Of a DNA stretch of 64,000 bases, positions 14,315-26,479 are shown one piece after another. The notes beneath the pieces were generated by a model, which did not search any database, was not told the origin of the DNA, and was given only the letters and a program-made list of their open reading frames with translations. Position numbers and translations under genes: made by a program. Position 1 is the first letter of the stretch; each line of letters starts with the position of its first letter. This DNA comes from Takakia lepidozioides (Eukaryota > Plantae > Bryophyta): positions 19,282,001 through 19,346,000 of the forward strand of contig CM060733.1 in NCBI GenBank assembly GCA_030704615.1, written 5' to 3'.

Positions 14315-15921
14315 CAATTTTTCAAACTACTCTTAATGGTTCAACTCGATATCTTTTGAACTCACGGGGAAAATTATCCCAACTATGTAAAGCTACAGGT
14401 AGCCACAGTCTTGACGATCAGATGAAGATCGGAACAATTGTAGATCAGGGACGTTTAACAGTAGGATCATGACTGTGCCAACCTGTGTCTAGTGGAGGAG
14501 GCGAGTTTGTACATTCTCAGTAGACTCAGTAGACTCATTCGACTTGAGTGTGCGAACAATAGTTTAGCATAACTTGTTAGTTACACGCTACTCAACACTT
14601 CCAACTGTGGGCGATCTTATCACTGCACAATTCCATAAAGCAAAAATTTGGTACTATCCATGCGTTTCAAATCCTTCAACTTTCGGATTTTCTATTGTTC
14701 TAGACTTGTTCTAGAACACCTAGAGCTCACTATGGGAAGGTTAGACGTGGATACATGATCTTCGTGACTAAAGTGAAATATTTAACAGGTTTTGTCTCAC
14801 AACTGAACTTTGTTACACGAACAGCGTTGAATTGAAAAGAACTCGATTCAACGAAGAACTTGGGGGACGTGTTTGTGGCAGTGTGCCCTTTCGAGCTGTA
14901 TGTCATTTCACGTCATTTCACGGGTTAGTAGTTTCTACCGACTGTTGTTTCGACACATTAGTCACACGAGTTCCGACAGAGCTCTATGCCTCTGAACAGG
15001 TGAGACAGAGCTCCAACTTATCCCTCTGGACATCATTTGGCGATGGTTATAATATCTCGCCCACGTATAACTTACCACTCCTTCGCCATGCACTTTTGAG
15101 CTTCCTTACGCACAGGGGGCATTCCGAAGCGGTTCTTGATCGAGACCCGGCTGGTTGCCATTGGCCAGCTGCGCCAAGCTTTTTGTCTCGTGATTCACGG
15201 TAGTCGAGATACCAGATACGACTACCGTCACCAACTTCGGGGAGCATGCTTTGGAGGACGAAGTGGTCGGCTCCTAGTGATAGTCAACTAGAACTGACGC
15301 TGGTGAATTAATCGTGGGCTCGTCAGTGTCACTCACTGCCTTATTTGCGTTTGTGATTTAACTTTAGTATAGACTTGGTTATAAGTGCACATGCTCAAAC
15401 TCAGAGAGAAACTTACTGAACGGATCGTGAGTATTTAGGTAGTATTTCACTACGGTAAATACAAACGCATCGACATTGACTGCAACTAGCGGGAAGCATG
15501 GCGGCAAGTGCATCATCAACTAGACAGGTGGAACTTAGCTGTCTAGTATGGCATCTTCCATGCATACAAATGATAGCACAAGCTTCTCTAGCATAGTTAT
15601 AGCGAGCTCCTTATGTGTCTTGCTCTCTCTCTTTTCTTTGGCCTGTAACGTTGCAGGTCCTGCTCAAGGCAAGAAGGGCAGTGCTTGTTATGCATGTAGC
15701 TGTTATACCCAATCTTACTATTACAATACAAGCTCTCGTTTGCATAGTTCAGCTTATGTGTGGTGATCAGTATGTGTTCTTGTTGATGTCATGAAGCTAC
15801 AATAATTCCTTTACGGTGTGGGCCCACTTGGCTAGACCATAGAACTGCGCTTTTGTAGTTTATCTGGACGTTGATAATTAGGGAACTCTATTCTTGTTCG
15901 TGTGTAAGCAAGGTGTCAGAC

Positions 15922-16070
15922 ATGGCTGATTTGGGTAGTAGAGATTTGGGAAACATAGATCGATTTAACGGGGAAAACTTTCATCTCTGGAAGTTCCAAA
16001 TGCAAGCTGTCTTTATGGGTAAAGAATTGTTGAGCGTTGTCGATGTTAGTGAGGTCAAGCCAGGTATCGA
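15922..16070 (+). mobile_element. Ty1/Copia gag N-terminal fragment
   Basis: IDRFNGENFHLWKFQMQAVFMGKELL: typical Copia gag N-terminal F.G.NF..WK..M motif; truncated. Confidence 0.8.
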
Positions 16071-16840
16071 GGTCAAATAAACTTCAATCTAAGCGCAGAG
16101 AATGCCAAAGCAAGCAAGGAAGCAAAATCAACAGAAAAAGAACCTTTTTAACTGTTTGGGGGAAAGTCGCCATCTCTCCACAAGCCTAACCATGCATGGA
16201 GGACTCCGCTAGCACCACAGCATTGCTATCTTAACCAAAGCAAGGTCTTGCCAAGCACAAGAAAAAAAGAGCTTGGTCTCCAAAGGTAGGGTTTATAAAG
16301 GGAGGGAGAGAGACTTCCTTTGGGTTGCGCAGGGTTTTCCCCTGTCTGGCCCGTCATTCATCCTTCTCAGGATGAAAAACTTCCGCCAGTCTGTCCGCCG
16401 GACGGACGATGTCCGTTTCTCATCCGTGGAAGATGAAAGACATCGTGCTATCCTGTCTTGCACTCAACGGATGTAGTCCGTATTTCATCTAGGTTAGATG
16501 AAAAACATCGGGGGTTTATACCTGTCTTGCCCCGTATTTAGGTCATGTCAGATGAAGTCTTTTTTTCATCTAGGTTGGATTGAAAAAGTAGAAACTGACG
16601 GGAGTTTTGCAACTCACAGGTATTTAGTGAAGAAATATTTCACTAGGGAAAAATTTGTATTTTGGATGAAAAACATCCAAAATTCCTTGCAACCCAAATT
16701 TTCAATTTTTTTCAATTTCCTCAAAGATGGAAGTTGGGACAACAATTCCATAAGCCTAGTTTCCAAAGGGAGATAGAGGGAGAGAGAGGGGGCAACAAAG
16801 AAAAAACAAAAAGGGTGGGGGGGGAAGTGACTGAGCAGTT

Positions 16841-19800
16841 GCTACTCAGTCACTTCCCCCCCCCACCTTCCTCTTTTTCTTTTTGTTTCCTGATCTCTCC
16901 CTCTCTCTGTCCCTCTCTCTCTCTCCCTCTCTTTCTTTCTCTCTTTCTCTCTCTCTTTCTCTCTCCTCTCTTTCGTGCTGCTCACAAAAAAAAAAAAAAA
17001 AACCACATAGGGAAAGAGGGGGTAGAAAAAGTTAATAAGAGAGAGGGAAGATATTCATGTCATGTCAAGACATGGACAAGACCCACTATGGTTGTCAATT
17101 AAAGACATAAACAACCCAAAACAGGGCACCATCTAACATTTCCATTCTTGTCATAGCTTCCCATGAATTGACATCACCCAATCAGTCATGATAAAACAGG
17201 GTGAGAGGGCGGGGTTTGTTCATGTAGGGGATGCAAGCATCTTGAACACCCGAGATCCGGCCATCTTGGCCAATGAATCATTAAATTGCAGGTTACGAGC
17301 CTGGTGTGATTGCAGCACCTTACCTTATCAACATAGGGTCATGCATCAAGCAAAACATAAGGACCAACCTGCAATATTTCAGAATCAGGACATGCCTCCA
17401 AGCAATCCACTTGGGCATGAAAAAATAGATTCCATACCATTTGTAATCACCCCAAGACATGTAATCATACAAGGAGTCAAGGGAATGTGAGATCAGCCTG
17501 TCATATTGCAAATTCAAGACATGTACACACAAGCATCTTGAAAACTCAGATTGCAGGTCATAGGCCTGATGTCATGACAAGGCCAAAACAATAGGTAGGA
17601 TTCCATTACGGCTTACCATCCTCATCCTTCAAGAGGTCCATGCTAAAGCTTGCAAATAACACCTCACTATGATCCATCACACACCAGAAATAGGCCCGAA
17701 AAAAGAGCAGTTCGGTTCCTTATCAGGCTGCCGCCATAACATTCAAGGCCACCACGTCCTTAGAGCCCCAAAACTGCCGAAGTAGCCCCCATAAAACCAG
17801 ATCCTCTTTGGCCAAAAGAACTTACAACCTAGCTCAATATTCCACAGGCCCTGCTGTCAAAGATCAAAAGGTAGGGTATGGTTTGTATGCAAGCCTCAGG
17901 AAACAGGCCAGACAGGCCGAGCTGCGCATCGACAGCAGAACGACAAAGGCCAAAACATAGGCTGTAGCATGCCAAACCAGGAGCAGTCGGGTTGAAATCG
18001 AGGCTGCAGACAGCAGCCACTTCATAGCGCAATAACCCACAGGTCTCCTCAGCCCATATCCCAATCTGCATGCTCAAGAAACTTCAAAGTAGGTGAGGGT
18101 CCTCACCTGGTCCCATCACAAGCCCCCACAAAAACCAACAGGTTAGTGAGGGTTGTGGAACTCCAGGTGAATCAAAGACCCTCACTCTTGTCATCGATGT
18201 CAACTAAGAAACTCAAAAGCAAGAGAAAGAGATAAGAACATGACAATCCCTAAACTCCAAAGGCACCCTAAGCGATTGGGGAAGAGGGTTATGCGCCATC
18301 ACCATCCGCAGCAAGCCGCCTCCACAAAGCACATAAGCAATGAAGCAAAGCAGGCACAAACGCAAGGCACTAGAAAAGAGGGAGAGAACTTCCCATCATA
18401 AGCATCCTTGCTAAGCACAGAAAAAACCAGAGGAGGGAAGATGCCACTGCTCTTATAGCGGTGTTTCCCGCTGCAAGAGAGACAAGGCGCCGCCTTTGCG
18501 CCCCCTCCCGGGCGCTCGTCCAGCATGGGTACGACACCACAAACGGGGCAGCCACCGAAGCACGCCCGCCATAACATTCTCCCCGCGAGCTCAGAAGCAC
18601 ATCGCGTGTTTCTGACACCGCGGGAGACGACATAGGGTTGTCCCCCGATTTTTCATCCGTGGATGAAAAACGGTAGGACGAATCCATATACCCTGACGGA
18701 TTTCATCTGTAGCAGGTAAAAAAGAGGTTTTGGGGTAGGGGTTAGGGTTTCCACCATAATTAATCATAATTAGGGGTAGTAAAGATCAATTCCAGGTCAT
18801 AATCACATCACCCATAGACAGCTCACTTATGTCAGGATGAAAAAAGTAGGGAATATCATCTGTGGCAGCGCCTTACCTCCATCTAGGTAATTCTATCATT
18901 CCTTTCCAGACCATCCGGTATGGATAACAAGAGTCAATAAATGAGGAATGAAAAAATTATCACCCTCACTACAACAGATCGCGGTATTTATGACTGTATA
19001 TATGACTATTCTGCAGTCATAAACGGTACATATGACTTATATGACTGTAAGTCGTGCAAACCAAGTCAATACAATGAGTACAGGATGATATGGTCCGGAT
19101 GACTACAGTCATATGAACCAAGTGATATCTCTCACTGCAATCATGTATACCATATTGCAGCCGCCGTTGCCGCGCCACATGGCGAGGCGCAATTGATTTA
19201 AAAAATTAAATTAAATTAAAAAAACTAAAAAAATAAAAACATATGTCAAACGCCGTGTCGCACCGCATTGTGCCACGTGGCATAATCCATTTTATAATAA
19301 TGAAAAACCACGTGGCAGTCCATCTAGGGTACCACGTGCTATCCCTAGCTCGCCTACTAACCCTAGGGCCATCTTATCCATTTGATTGTACTTAGAGGAG
19401 TTTGAATGTGCAACTTTTTTATTATAAGAGTTATGGTTCACTACCTGTTAACCAATACACCCATTAGTCATTCATATAATCATATGGTGTTTTAATTGTA
19501 TTATACACACCAAATTACAAAATCCCCAGTAGTCATCATGACTTTGTAACCTCATCCATGTACACTTTAGTCATGGAAATGACTATGAATGGTGAGCTGA
19601 ATCTGGTCAATTGTCGTTGACCAGCCTTCCGCCCATTCTGGAGCCATGTAGTCATACAGACGACTATTTAGATAGTCGTTCATATGACTGCAGTCGTATG
19701 AACGACTGCGGGAGGTCAATTTCATATAAAAACATGGTGCAGTCATGGTCAAAATCATGAAAACCATGACTACCACGATTTGGCAGTCGTAACTACCGCG

Positions 19801-20150
19801 ATCTGTTGTAGTGCCTGGTAGTTTTTCATCCGGTATGGATGGAAAAACAAGATGCTGTTGGCAACCTCCATAGAGGTAATTCTTTTCTTCCATGGTGACT
19901 GCTCCGGTATGAATGAGAGTCAATAGAGGAGTAATGAAAAGGCCAAAAGAACCATCCTAGAGGTAATTCAGTGTCCATCCTGGTGGCTCATCCGGTATGA
20001 ATGAAAAAACTTGATAGAGGATGAGAAAACAAGAAGTCAACACTGATAGCAAATTGTCAATTCCCAGTAGAGAGGGAGAGAGAGGGAGAGAGGGGGCAAC
20101 AATGAAAAAAAATGGGTTGGGGGGGGAAGGTCAGATGGTGGGGTCAGTTG
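16841..20150. mobile_element. Non-autonomous TIR element with (CT)n/C-run terminal repeats; hosts the CACTA at 18967
   Basis: Left end CTCAGTCACTTCCCCCCCC..(CT)n is inverted relative to the right end (AG)n..GGGGGGGAAGG..CAGTTGC; many GATGAAAA/TTTTCATC motifs; TSD not identified. Confidence 0.45.
18967..19813. mobile_element. Non-autonomous CACTA element
   Basis: TIRs CACTACAACAGATCGCGGTA / TACCGCGATCTGTTGTAGTG; 3-bp TSD CCT (18964-18966, 19814-19816); subterminal ATGACT/AGTCAT repeats. Confidence 0.92.
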
Positions 20151-20159
20151 CAGCATATG

Positions 20160-20647
20160 TCCAACACCAGATATCCTAAGTTAATCGACCTTATATCTTG
20201 GAAACAGGACCGCCCACCGACCTGTCAAACAGGCTAAGTCCTGGCAGAAGACAGTAGAAGAGATTCTCAAGGACCTGGACCAGGAACCGCAAGTCTTTAC
20301 CCTGCAGGATAAATCTGACTTAGAGGCTGTAGTGTCCAACCATGTCTGTTGCCATGAGATTGTCTGATGAAAATGAAGTTAGGCAGAAAACTTCCCTGAA
20401 CTTGTTTCCAGTCAGTGACATGGGGGAGGACATCTTGGATGACCTCAAGGGTCTACCCACTCTCGGCACTAGACTGAAATTTAAACTCAGGGCAAGAAGC
20501 CTACCTTTGAACAACAAACAGAAGCAGAGAGGAAAGGGAGAGTGCAATTGTCCGTTGTGTGGGCAATCTGAAGACAGTACTCATTTTCTGATACACTGCC
20601 CGGGGTTCTCTCACCAAAGAGACGCTCTCTTCCCTTCTGAGGCCTAG
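20160..20647 (+). mobile_element. LINE ORF2 C-terminal fragment
   Basis: KFKLRARSLPLN...CPLCGQSEDSTHFLIHC: CCHC knuckle typical of non-LTR retrotransposon ORF2 ends. Confidence 0.7.
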
Positions 20648-20671
20648 TTTTTGGGCATCTCACGCAAGAAG

Positions 20672-21243
20672 GTGAACGTCTGTTGGATTATAGAGAGTAG
20701 CAGATGGAATTGAGCATAGGAACTAGTGTGATAAGTAGGGTTGGGGTGTTTGCTGGAACAATTCTAGGCTGTCATTGTCAGCTGCTAGAAGCAAGACGAG
20801 GATGTATGCATGATTTGTGCAGAGGCATGGATAGCTGAAGGAGCAGGGATAGAGTGTGGGTCCAGATTCATCCAAGAGGGCCGAATTTCATGCTCCAGAT
20901 TACCTATTATTCGCTGTGGAAGGATAGGTACAAGAAACCTGCATGGATAGATGGTAAACTGGAAGCCGCAGCAGCAGCGACACAATTGATCAAATCAGGC
21001 ACTGTTAATCAAGGCACCTTCTTCAACACATTTCACCCTGTTTTTCCCTCTTATCAGAATCGGCCCTCAATTTTCATTATGAATTCTGCAAGTTAGCTGG
21101 TTGAGTGAACCTTTGATAGTTTGGAGTGATTTTGACATGAAATTGCCAACGTGACAACAGGAAAGTATCAAAAAACAGGTAACAGAGACGAGGAGAAGCT
21201 GTGGAACTTTTCTGACCCCATTCAATGGTGGGACAATCGAGGT
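20672..21243 (+). repeat. ~550-bp dispersed repeat, also at 62839-63365 and 63374-63692
   Basis: Colinear near-identity, e.g. GTGATAAGTAGGGTTGGG..TTTGCTGGAACAATT, CAGATTCATCCAAG, GAGACGAGGAGAAGCTGTGGAA. Confidence 0.9.
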
Positions 21244-21270
21244 TTGGGCTGATGAGCTGCAGGGATGTCT

Positions 21271-21335
21271 CTCCATCTCGTGAAGAATCTTCGGGTGTGT
21301 GGTGACTGCCACACTACCACCAAGTTCGTTTCGGA
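21271..21335 (+). pseudogene. PPR-DYW domain fragment
   Basis: Translates LHLVKNLRVCGDCHTTTKFVS, the KNLRVCxDCH motif of DYW editing domains; no flanking ORF. Confidence 0.75.
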
Positions 21336-21599
21336 GTTGTTGGCCAAATGCAGTTGTAAGGAGTATTGCACTCGATAGTTGTAAATAGAGTCCTTCATTC
21401 TAGTAGTACCAGAATTGTAGTAGTACTAAAAAACTTCTGCCCTTGTGTCGGTTTGCTTAATTTTTGCTCCGCATTAGACTTTGAGGCATCCGCGGGGATG
21501 CTTGTCCAATTTGGAATTTTGTAATATGATTTGCAGGACTTGTACAAACCCCGTTGGCCTTCCATTCTATTTTCCCAAAAATATAATGAAGAATTTAAG

Positions 21600-22094
21600 T
21601 CAATTAATAATCTAAATTTTGTAATTTTGTAATTTGTTTTATTAAATTAAAAACATTTTTCAAAAATATTTTAAAAATGACGTGTCAAATTCGCAATGGC
21701 GCACGTGTCCATCCGGCGCCTCTCCACGTAGACATCGCTCTGCAGACATATAATCATATGATCCCTTCACGAATGCGTGACGTGTCGCTTGCGCAGTGGT
21801 GCACGTGTTCCACTGAAGCCTCTCTATGTAGGCAACGCTCAGCAGACAATGTAGTCATATAGTTAGTCATATAGTTAGTCATATGTAAGTTATAGAGTTG
21901 TGACTACATCACTCTCTTCTGCATGACTCCAAGTGCCACGCACGCAGTCACGACTATGACTTGCAAAACGCAGATCTAAAGACTAGTCGCTATCACGCCG
22001 TTTTTTTCACTTCAGAGTCATGTAGTCATGAACGCATATAGGAGTGAAAAAATAGTCATATTTGCAGTCATAAAAACTCTCATCTGTTGTAGTG
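21600..22094. mobile_element. Right half of a CACTA element related to 18967-19813
   Basis: Ends in CATCTGTTGTAGTG with the same ATGACT/AGTCAT subterminal repeats; left end not found. Confidence 0.7.
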
Positions 22095-22372
22095 ATGGGG
22101 AGTAGAACCAACATTGCATATGCGGTCAGCCAAGCAGCAAAATTCTCTGAGAATCCAAAGGTTCCACACGTAAATGTCGTCAAGAGGATACTAAAGTATC
22201 TCAAGAGCCACCCAGATGTGCGCATCACCTTCCAGGGAGGAGGGCAACAAGATAATGATCAGCTTGTGGCATATTGTGATGCACATTATGCCACCGACGT
22301 TGACAACCGCAAGTCCCGTACTGGATACATACTCATGCTGAACTCCGGCGCAGTCTCATGGGGAAGCAGAAC
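22095..22372 (+). mobile_element. Ty1/Copia RT-RNase H fragment
   Basis: IAYAVSQAAKFSENPK..HVNVVKRILKYLK...LVAYCDAHYATDVDNRKSRTGY..LNSGAVSWGS. Confidence 0.9.
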
Positions 22373-23194
22373 AATAGTACGGTGCGGAGTATCACGGAGG
22401 CAAATGATGAACTCAGGCTCCTGCCTCAATTCTTGGCTATCATGATAGCTCATCATCTTTCCTAGGAGTGCTAGCACTACTTAGAGCAACGGATTAGGCA
22501 GAGCCAGGTTGTACTGTATCTTGCTATGTGTAGATATACCTGTTGGACCCAGTTGTGTAAGTAAGCTTCTGACAATAGCTTCAGTTTTTTTTCCATGAAT
22601 ATAGAAAGGACGAAGTTCGCTTTTGCCATGTCGTGTCCTAAGTGTATTCCTGGTGCTATTGGTTACATGCGTGCATATGTAACATGCAGTTTGCGTGTAC
22701 GCTTAAGTTGCTAAGTTATTTCTCATAGTTAGGACTTATAGTGACTGCACAACCTCAGATGTGCCACAGTCACGCTGGTACTCCAGAATGATCTCAGCCA
22801 TCTCGCGATGGTGCACAATGGGTTGGGATAAACGCTGCAGTGCATATTCTTTTGACGACGATAAAAGAAACATTCATAGAGAAGCTGATGTTCAATAACA
22901 TGAATCTACTTGTGTGCACAGTTTACTTGATAAGTAAATCTCGAGAAGATCTGTCAGTAAATATATCTATAGGTAAGAAAACTTGCAACGACGCTACCGC
23001 GTGAGCGTGTGAGCGTAGGCTCACACAACGATGATGTGGGGTGAGCCTATGCTCACGCAGCTGACGTGGCGTGAGCTTGGTACAGGTCATGCCACATCAC
23101 CACAAAGAAGGTGGGCCTATAACCGTGGAGGCTACAACTGCTGATTTAACCACATGGAGGTGAAACGGATGAAGGGTTACGGGCTTTCCTGGAG

Positions 23195-23410
23195 TTCAAC
23201 CTTCTGTTAATAGGAGCTTCATTTCCTAGAACCGAAATGAACGTTGTGTTAACACGAGGTTGTTTTCCTGGAACAAAATTCAACTTTGGGTCAACACACA
23301 ACCTTGTGTTGACACGATGTTGTTTTCTTAGAAATAAAATCAACCTTGTTTCGACACAAGGTGGATTTGGAGAATTTCAAGTCAACCTCGTCTTAACACG
23401 AGGTTGATTT
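23195..23410. repeat. Array A of ~26-bp imperfect palindromes (CAACSTTGTGTYRACACRAGGTTG-like), about 5 copies
   Basis: Copies near 23196, 23240, 23299, 23341, 23383, roughly 40-60 bp apart, downstream of the transposase. Confidence 0.8.
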
Positions 23411-23609
23411 GATCATCTGTCTATCTGAAGGTAGCTTCTTGTGATTGCTAATGAAAAGAGGAGGACGGACCAATGCGACAAATGCGTTGACCCACGCATT
23501 GCGAAGATGTTAGAAGACATACATTGAGAGACACTGGACTTGAACAGTCATTCCATTACAAGTTGTAGTCAAGGAAAACTCAGATTTCTTCATGTCAAGT
23601 CCATGCTGT

Positions 23610-25745
23610 CTATGGACTTGTATCCCGCTGTAGAAGTGTTTTGACTTTGTTGAAACTCATAGTGGCTTGGTGAATGAAGAAGTCGCGCTTTGGATCACAA
23701 ACCATCCTTCTCAAGAAGATGAAGTAAAGATGTTTGCACGGTATGAACTTCCCTCTCTTTCCCAAACTACTTGAAAGCATATCAACAAAATCAGGACAGG
23801 TGCAACTGGGAAAATTGGAAATAGTGATGTCATACGTCTTGTCCTGGTGCGCAGATGCGGATGAGATCATGGTGAAGACCCGACCATACCCTGGATTAGG
23901 CACTTTGTTCCCGCAACACGAGCGTGAAGCATTCTCGCGGACTCGATTTTGCCATAGTGTTATGCGGTTGGAGGGAATCGTCGAACCAGCTTCCCATTCT
24001 ATCTGGTTGGCCACAAGTGAGCGTCAGGTGGAGGCACCCGTGAATCGCTTGAACTTGAAGCACCTCCACGTGCAATGGAATGTCTTGCTAGGGAGAAACC
24101 CGCCTCTTCCAGCATTGCGATCTCTTGGTGAGTGAGACCTGTGCCCATCTTCACAGGCCACATGGTTGGTGGAGTAGGCTTCCTCACCATGGAGGGCCTC
24201 ACTGTCCCACACACACATCTCCCGCAATCGTCAGCGCAGAACCAGAACTTGTGGTTCTTTGCCTCTCCTTGTCCGTAAGGGAGAAACAAACTAGTGAATG
24301 TAGGAGCTGCAGTGCGTTCTTTGCCTCTGGATATTAAAGATGTACATTTTTCATGATTGGTGGCCCTGATTGCTGCAACCAGACATTGTGCACTGTCTCC
24401 GCTAGATTGCAAGAAGGCATGTCCACCATCTCCTCATTGGACATATGCTGCAAGGTGAAAAAACGCAAAGCCGATATTAGGATGGGGACCTTGAAAGACA
24501 TATCCGAAGCACCTAAAGGAAGATGAATGCAAACCGCTCACCGTTGTCATGGCCGCTCCCCACTGTCGGTAACGGAAGTGCCAAAATGTGAACCAGTCTT
24601 CCAGTGCCCTCATGATGTCCTCCGATGCCGCTCCAGATGAGTACCACCAGGCACAAATTGTCTGGAACAATGTATTCGCTTCTCCCATAGTTTTTGCGTC
24701 TTTGTACTGTTTGCACAGTTGACGATGCATACTCTGCATATCCGGCTTGATGTCTGCCTTTGTGTGTTTATCCAGGGATTGTGTCCAATGGAAAAGACAT
24801 GTACGTTCTCTTCCAGGCATTGGTAATTTTGGACCTCCCGTCCCGAACACAATGCGGACAACGTTGAAGTTCGCTTGAGCACCGTCGGCCATGAAACCAA
24901 CAAAATTGGGAGATGGGAGACCATTGGAGGCCATAACACGAATGAGAGCTTCCCACATGAGCTGCTGTGAATCTGTGTCCTCTGACTGCATGTCACATAC
25001 TGCAATTGTCATGACACGCTGGTACACAAGGTCGTAAACATGACATGCCATTGTGGTCCAGTCTTTAACCCTCTTGACGTAATCAAACATAAGGAAGCAG
25101 TTGCCAAGATCGCCACCCTTTTGCATACGTTTAACTAGGCTGACTCCGCTGCCCTCACCTTTTGTGGACATTTTGAACATGAATACTTTCCTGGCTCCTT
25201 GTCCCGGAAAAACGTTGTCTTGGATGTAGTCGCACATGCTCATTTTCTTCAAATCCATAATATTGTCCATATAACCTCGGCTCCCAGAGCCCATTCTTAA
25301 AGCGTTCACCTGATTCCTAATGTTTGGAGAAGTCAATGTCGAGAAATGGTCCATAACAATGTCCAAAGCTGGTCCTCCAGTTTTCCTCCAACCAAATCCG
25401 ATGCACACAGAATACGGCTTTCCATAAATGACTTGCTCGCCCCCATGGCAATTGCAGAAGTGGTTCCAGTTGGATTGGTATCCAACTCTTGCCTTATCAG
25501 ACGCGAGACTGTCTCAACGCTCTCCCTGTAATCCCCCTTGGACACAGGGTGGTTGTGAAAACCGAAATGGACACAGGCTCTAGTCAGGGTTTTGAATCGA
25601 TGCACCACATAGTACATTCTGGCGCCACACAATGCAAGGCAGCAAGGTGGTAGCCTACAAAACTTGCACACAAAAGTGTTACTGTGTGGTGGTGTCACCC
25701 TAGGCTTGAATGGATTCACATGTTCCCAACTCCTGAGAGGGACTC
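23610..25745 (-). pseudogene. MULE transposase (GCM/WRKY-like Zn finger + DDE + SWIM), 5'-truncated and frameshifted
   Basis: VCKFC..C.ARMYYV..RACVHFGFHNHP (GCM/WRKY-like); LMFD...MADGA...RTCLFH, then NLAETVHN after an intron (MULE D-D-CxxH-E); CTCPDF...CKHLYF (SWIM). The ORF pieces are in different frames. Confidence 0.88.
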
Positions 25746-25749
25746 GAAA

Positions 25750-26474
25750 TGTCGCGCACCTCACTTCGGTAAGCTCCCCTTCAAGTCATAGTTACTCGCT
25801 TTGATGCGCGCGCCTAACTCCCAACCTAGCCGCCGGGCCAACTCGGAGCTTCGACTGCTCACCGGGACATAACGGTCCCCCTTTACTCTTCCAAAAGACC
25901 CTCCACCAATTTGGGCCTAGTGGAAATTCCCTTTGGTAGATGGCAGTCCGGAATAGCTCCCCACTCCTTGGTTGCTTTCCGGCTCGCTCGCTTACTCACT
26001 AGTTTTTGGTCACCAACGGGCTTGCACCGTTCTCGGGGTTACTACTCCCTATATATACTTCTGTGACTGTCCGCAGGGGTTTCACAAACAACCATGCCAT
26101 TTTATGGCGAACCACCACGAAGACCCTCGATTCCCGGTGATGAGTCGTGGTGACTCTTGGCCCACCCACCACGGCCCCATTGGACCGTGATGAGTCCCAA
26201 GACTCCCCATGACTCCCACCACAAGGTCTCCGCCCCATGGTGAGTCCTATGCCACCCCCACTAAGTCCCACTAAGCTACCATCACCCCTTGTGGAGCCAC
26301 CCCCACCGCAACCCGGTGTGCGGGGCTCCACCTAGTGAGCGCCTCCGCCTCCTTGAGTGCCTTGGGCACTCAAGGGTGCTTTAGCCCCCCGTACCTATTG
26401 CTGCCACCGCCCCCACCACAGGGGCAGTCCCTCTGCGACCCGACCCCCTGCCCTCAAGACAAAGGGCCGCGACA
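25750..26474. mobile_element. Solo LTR nested in the MULE
   Basis: TGTCGCG...CGCGACA termini; perfect 5-bp TSD CGAAA (25745-25749, 26475-26479). Confidence 0.92.
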
Positions 26475-26479
26475 CGAAA

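Noticed and set aside
15640-22700. A single full Copia element spanning the gag (15922) and RT/RNase H (22095) fragments
   Set aside because: No matching LTR pair or TSD found; reported as separate remnants
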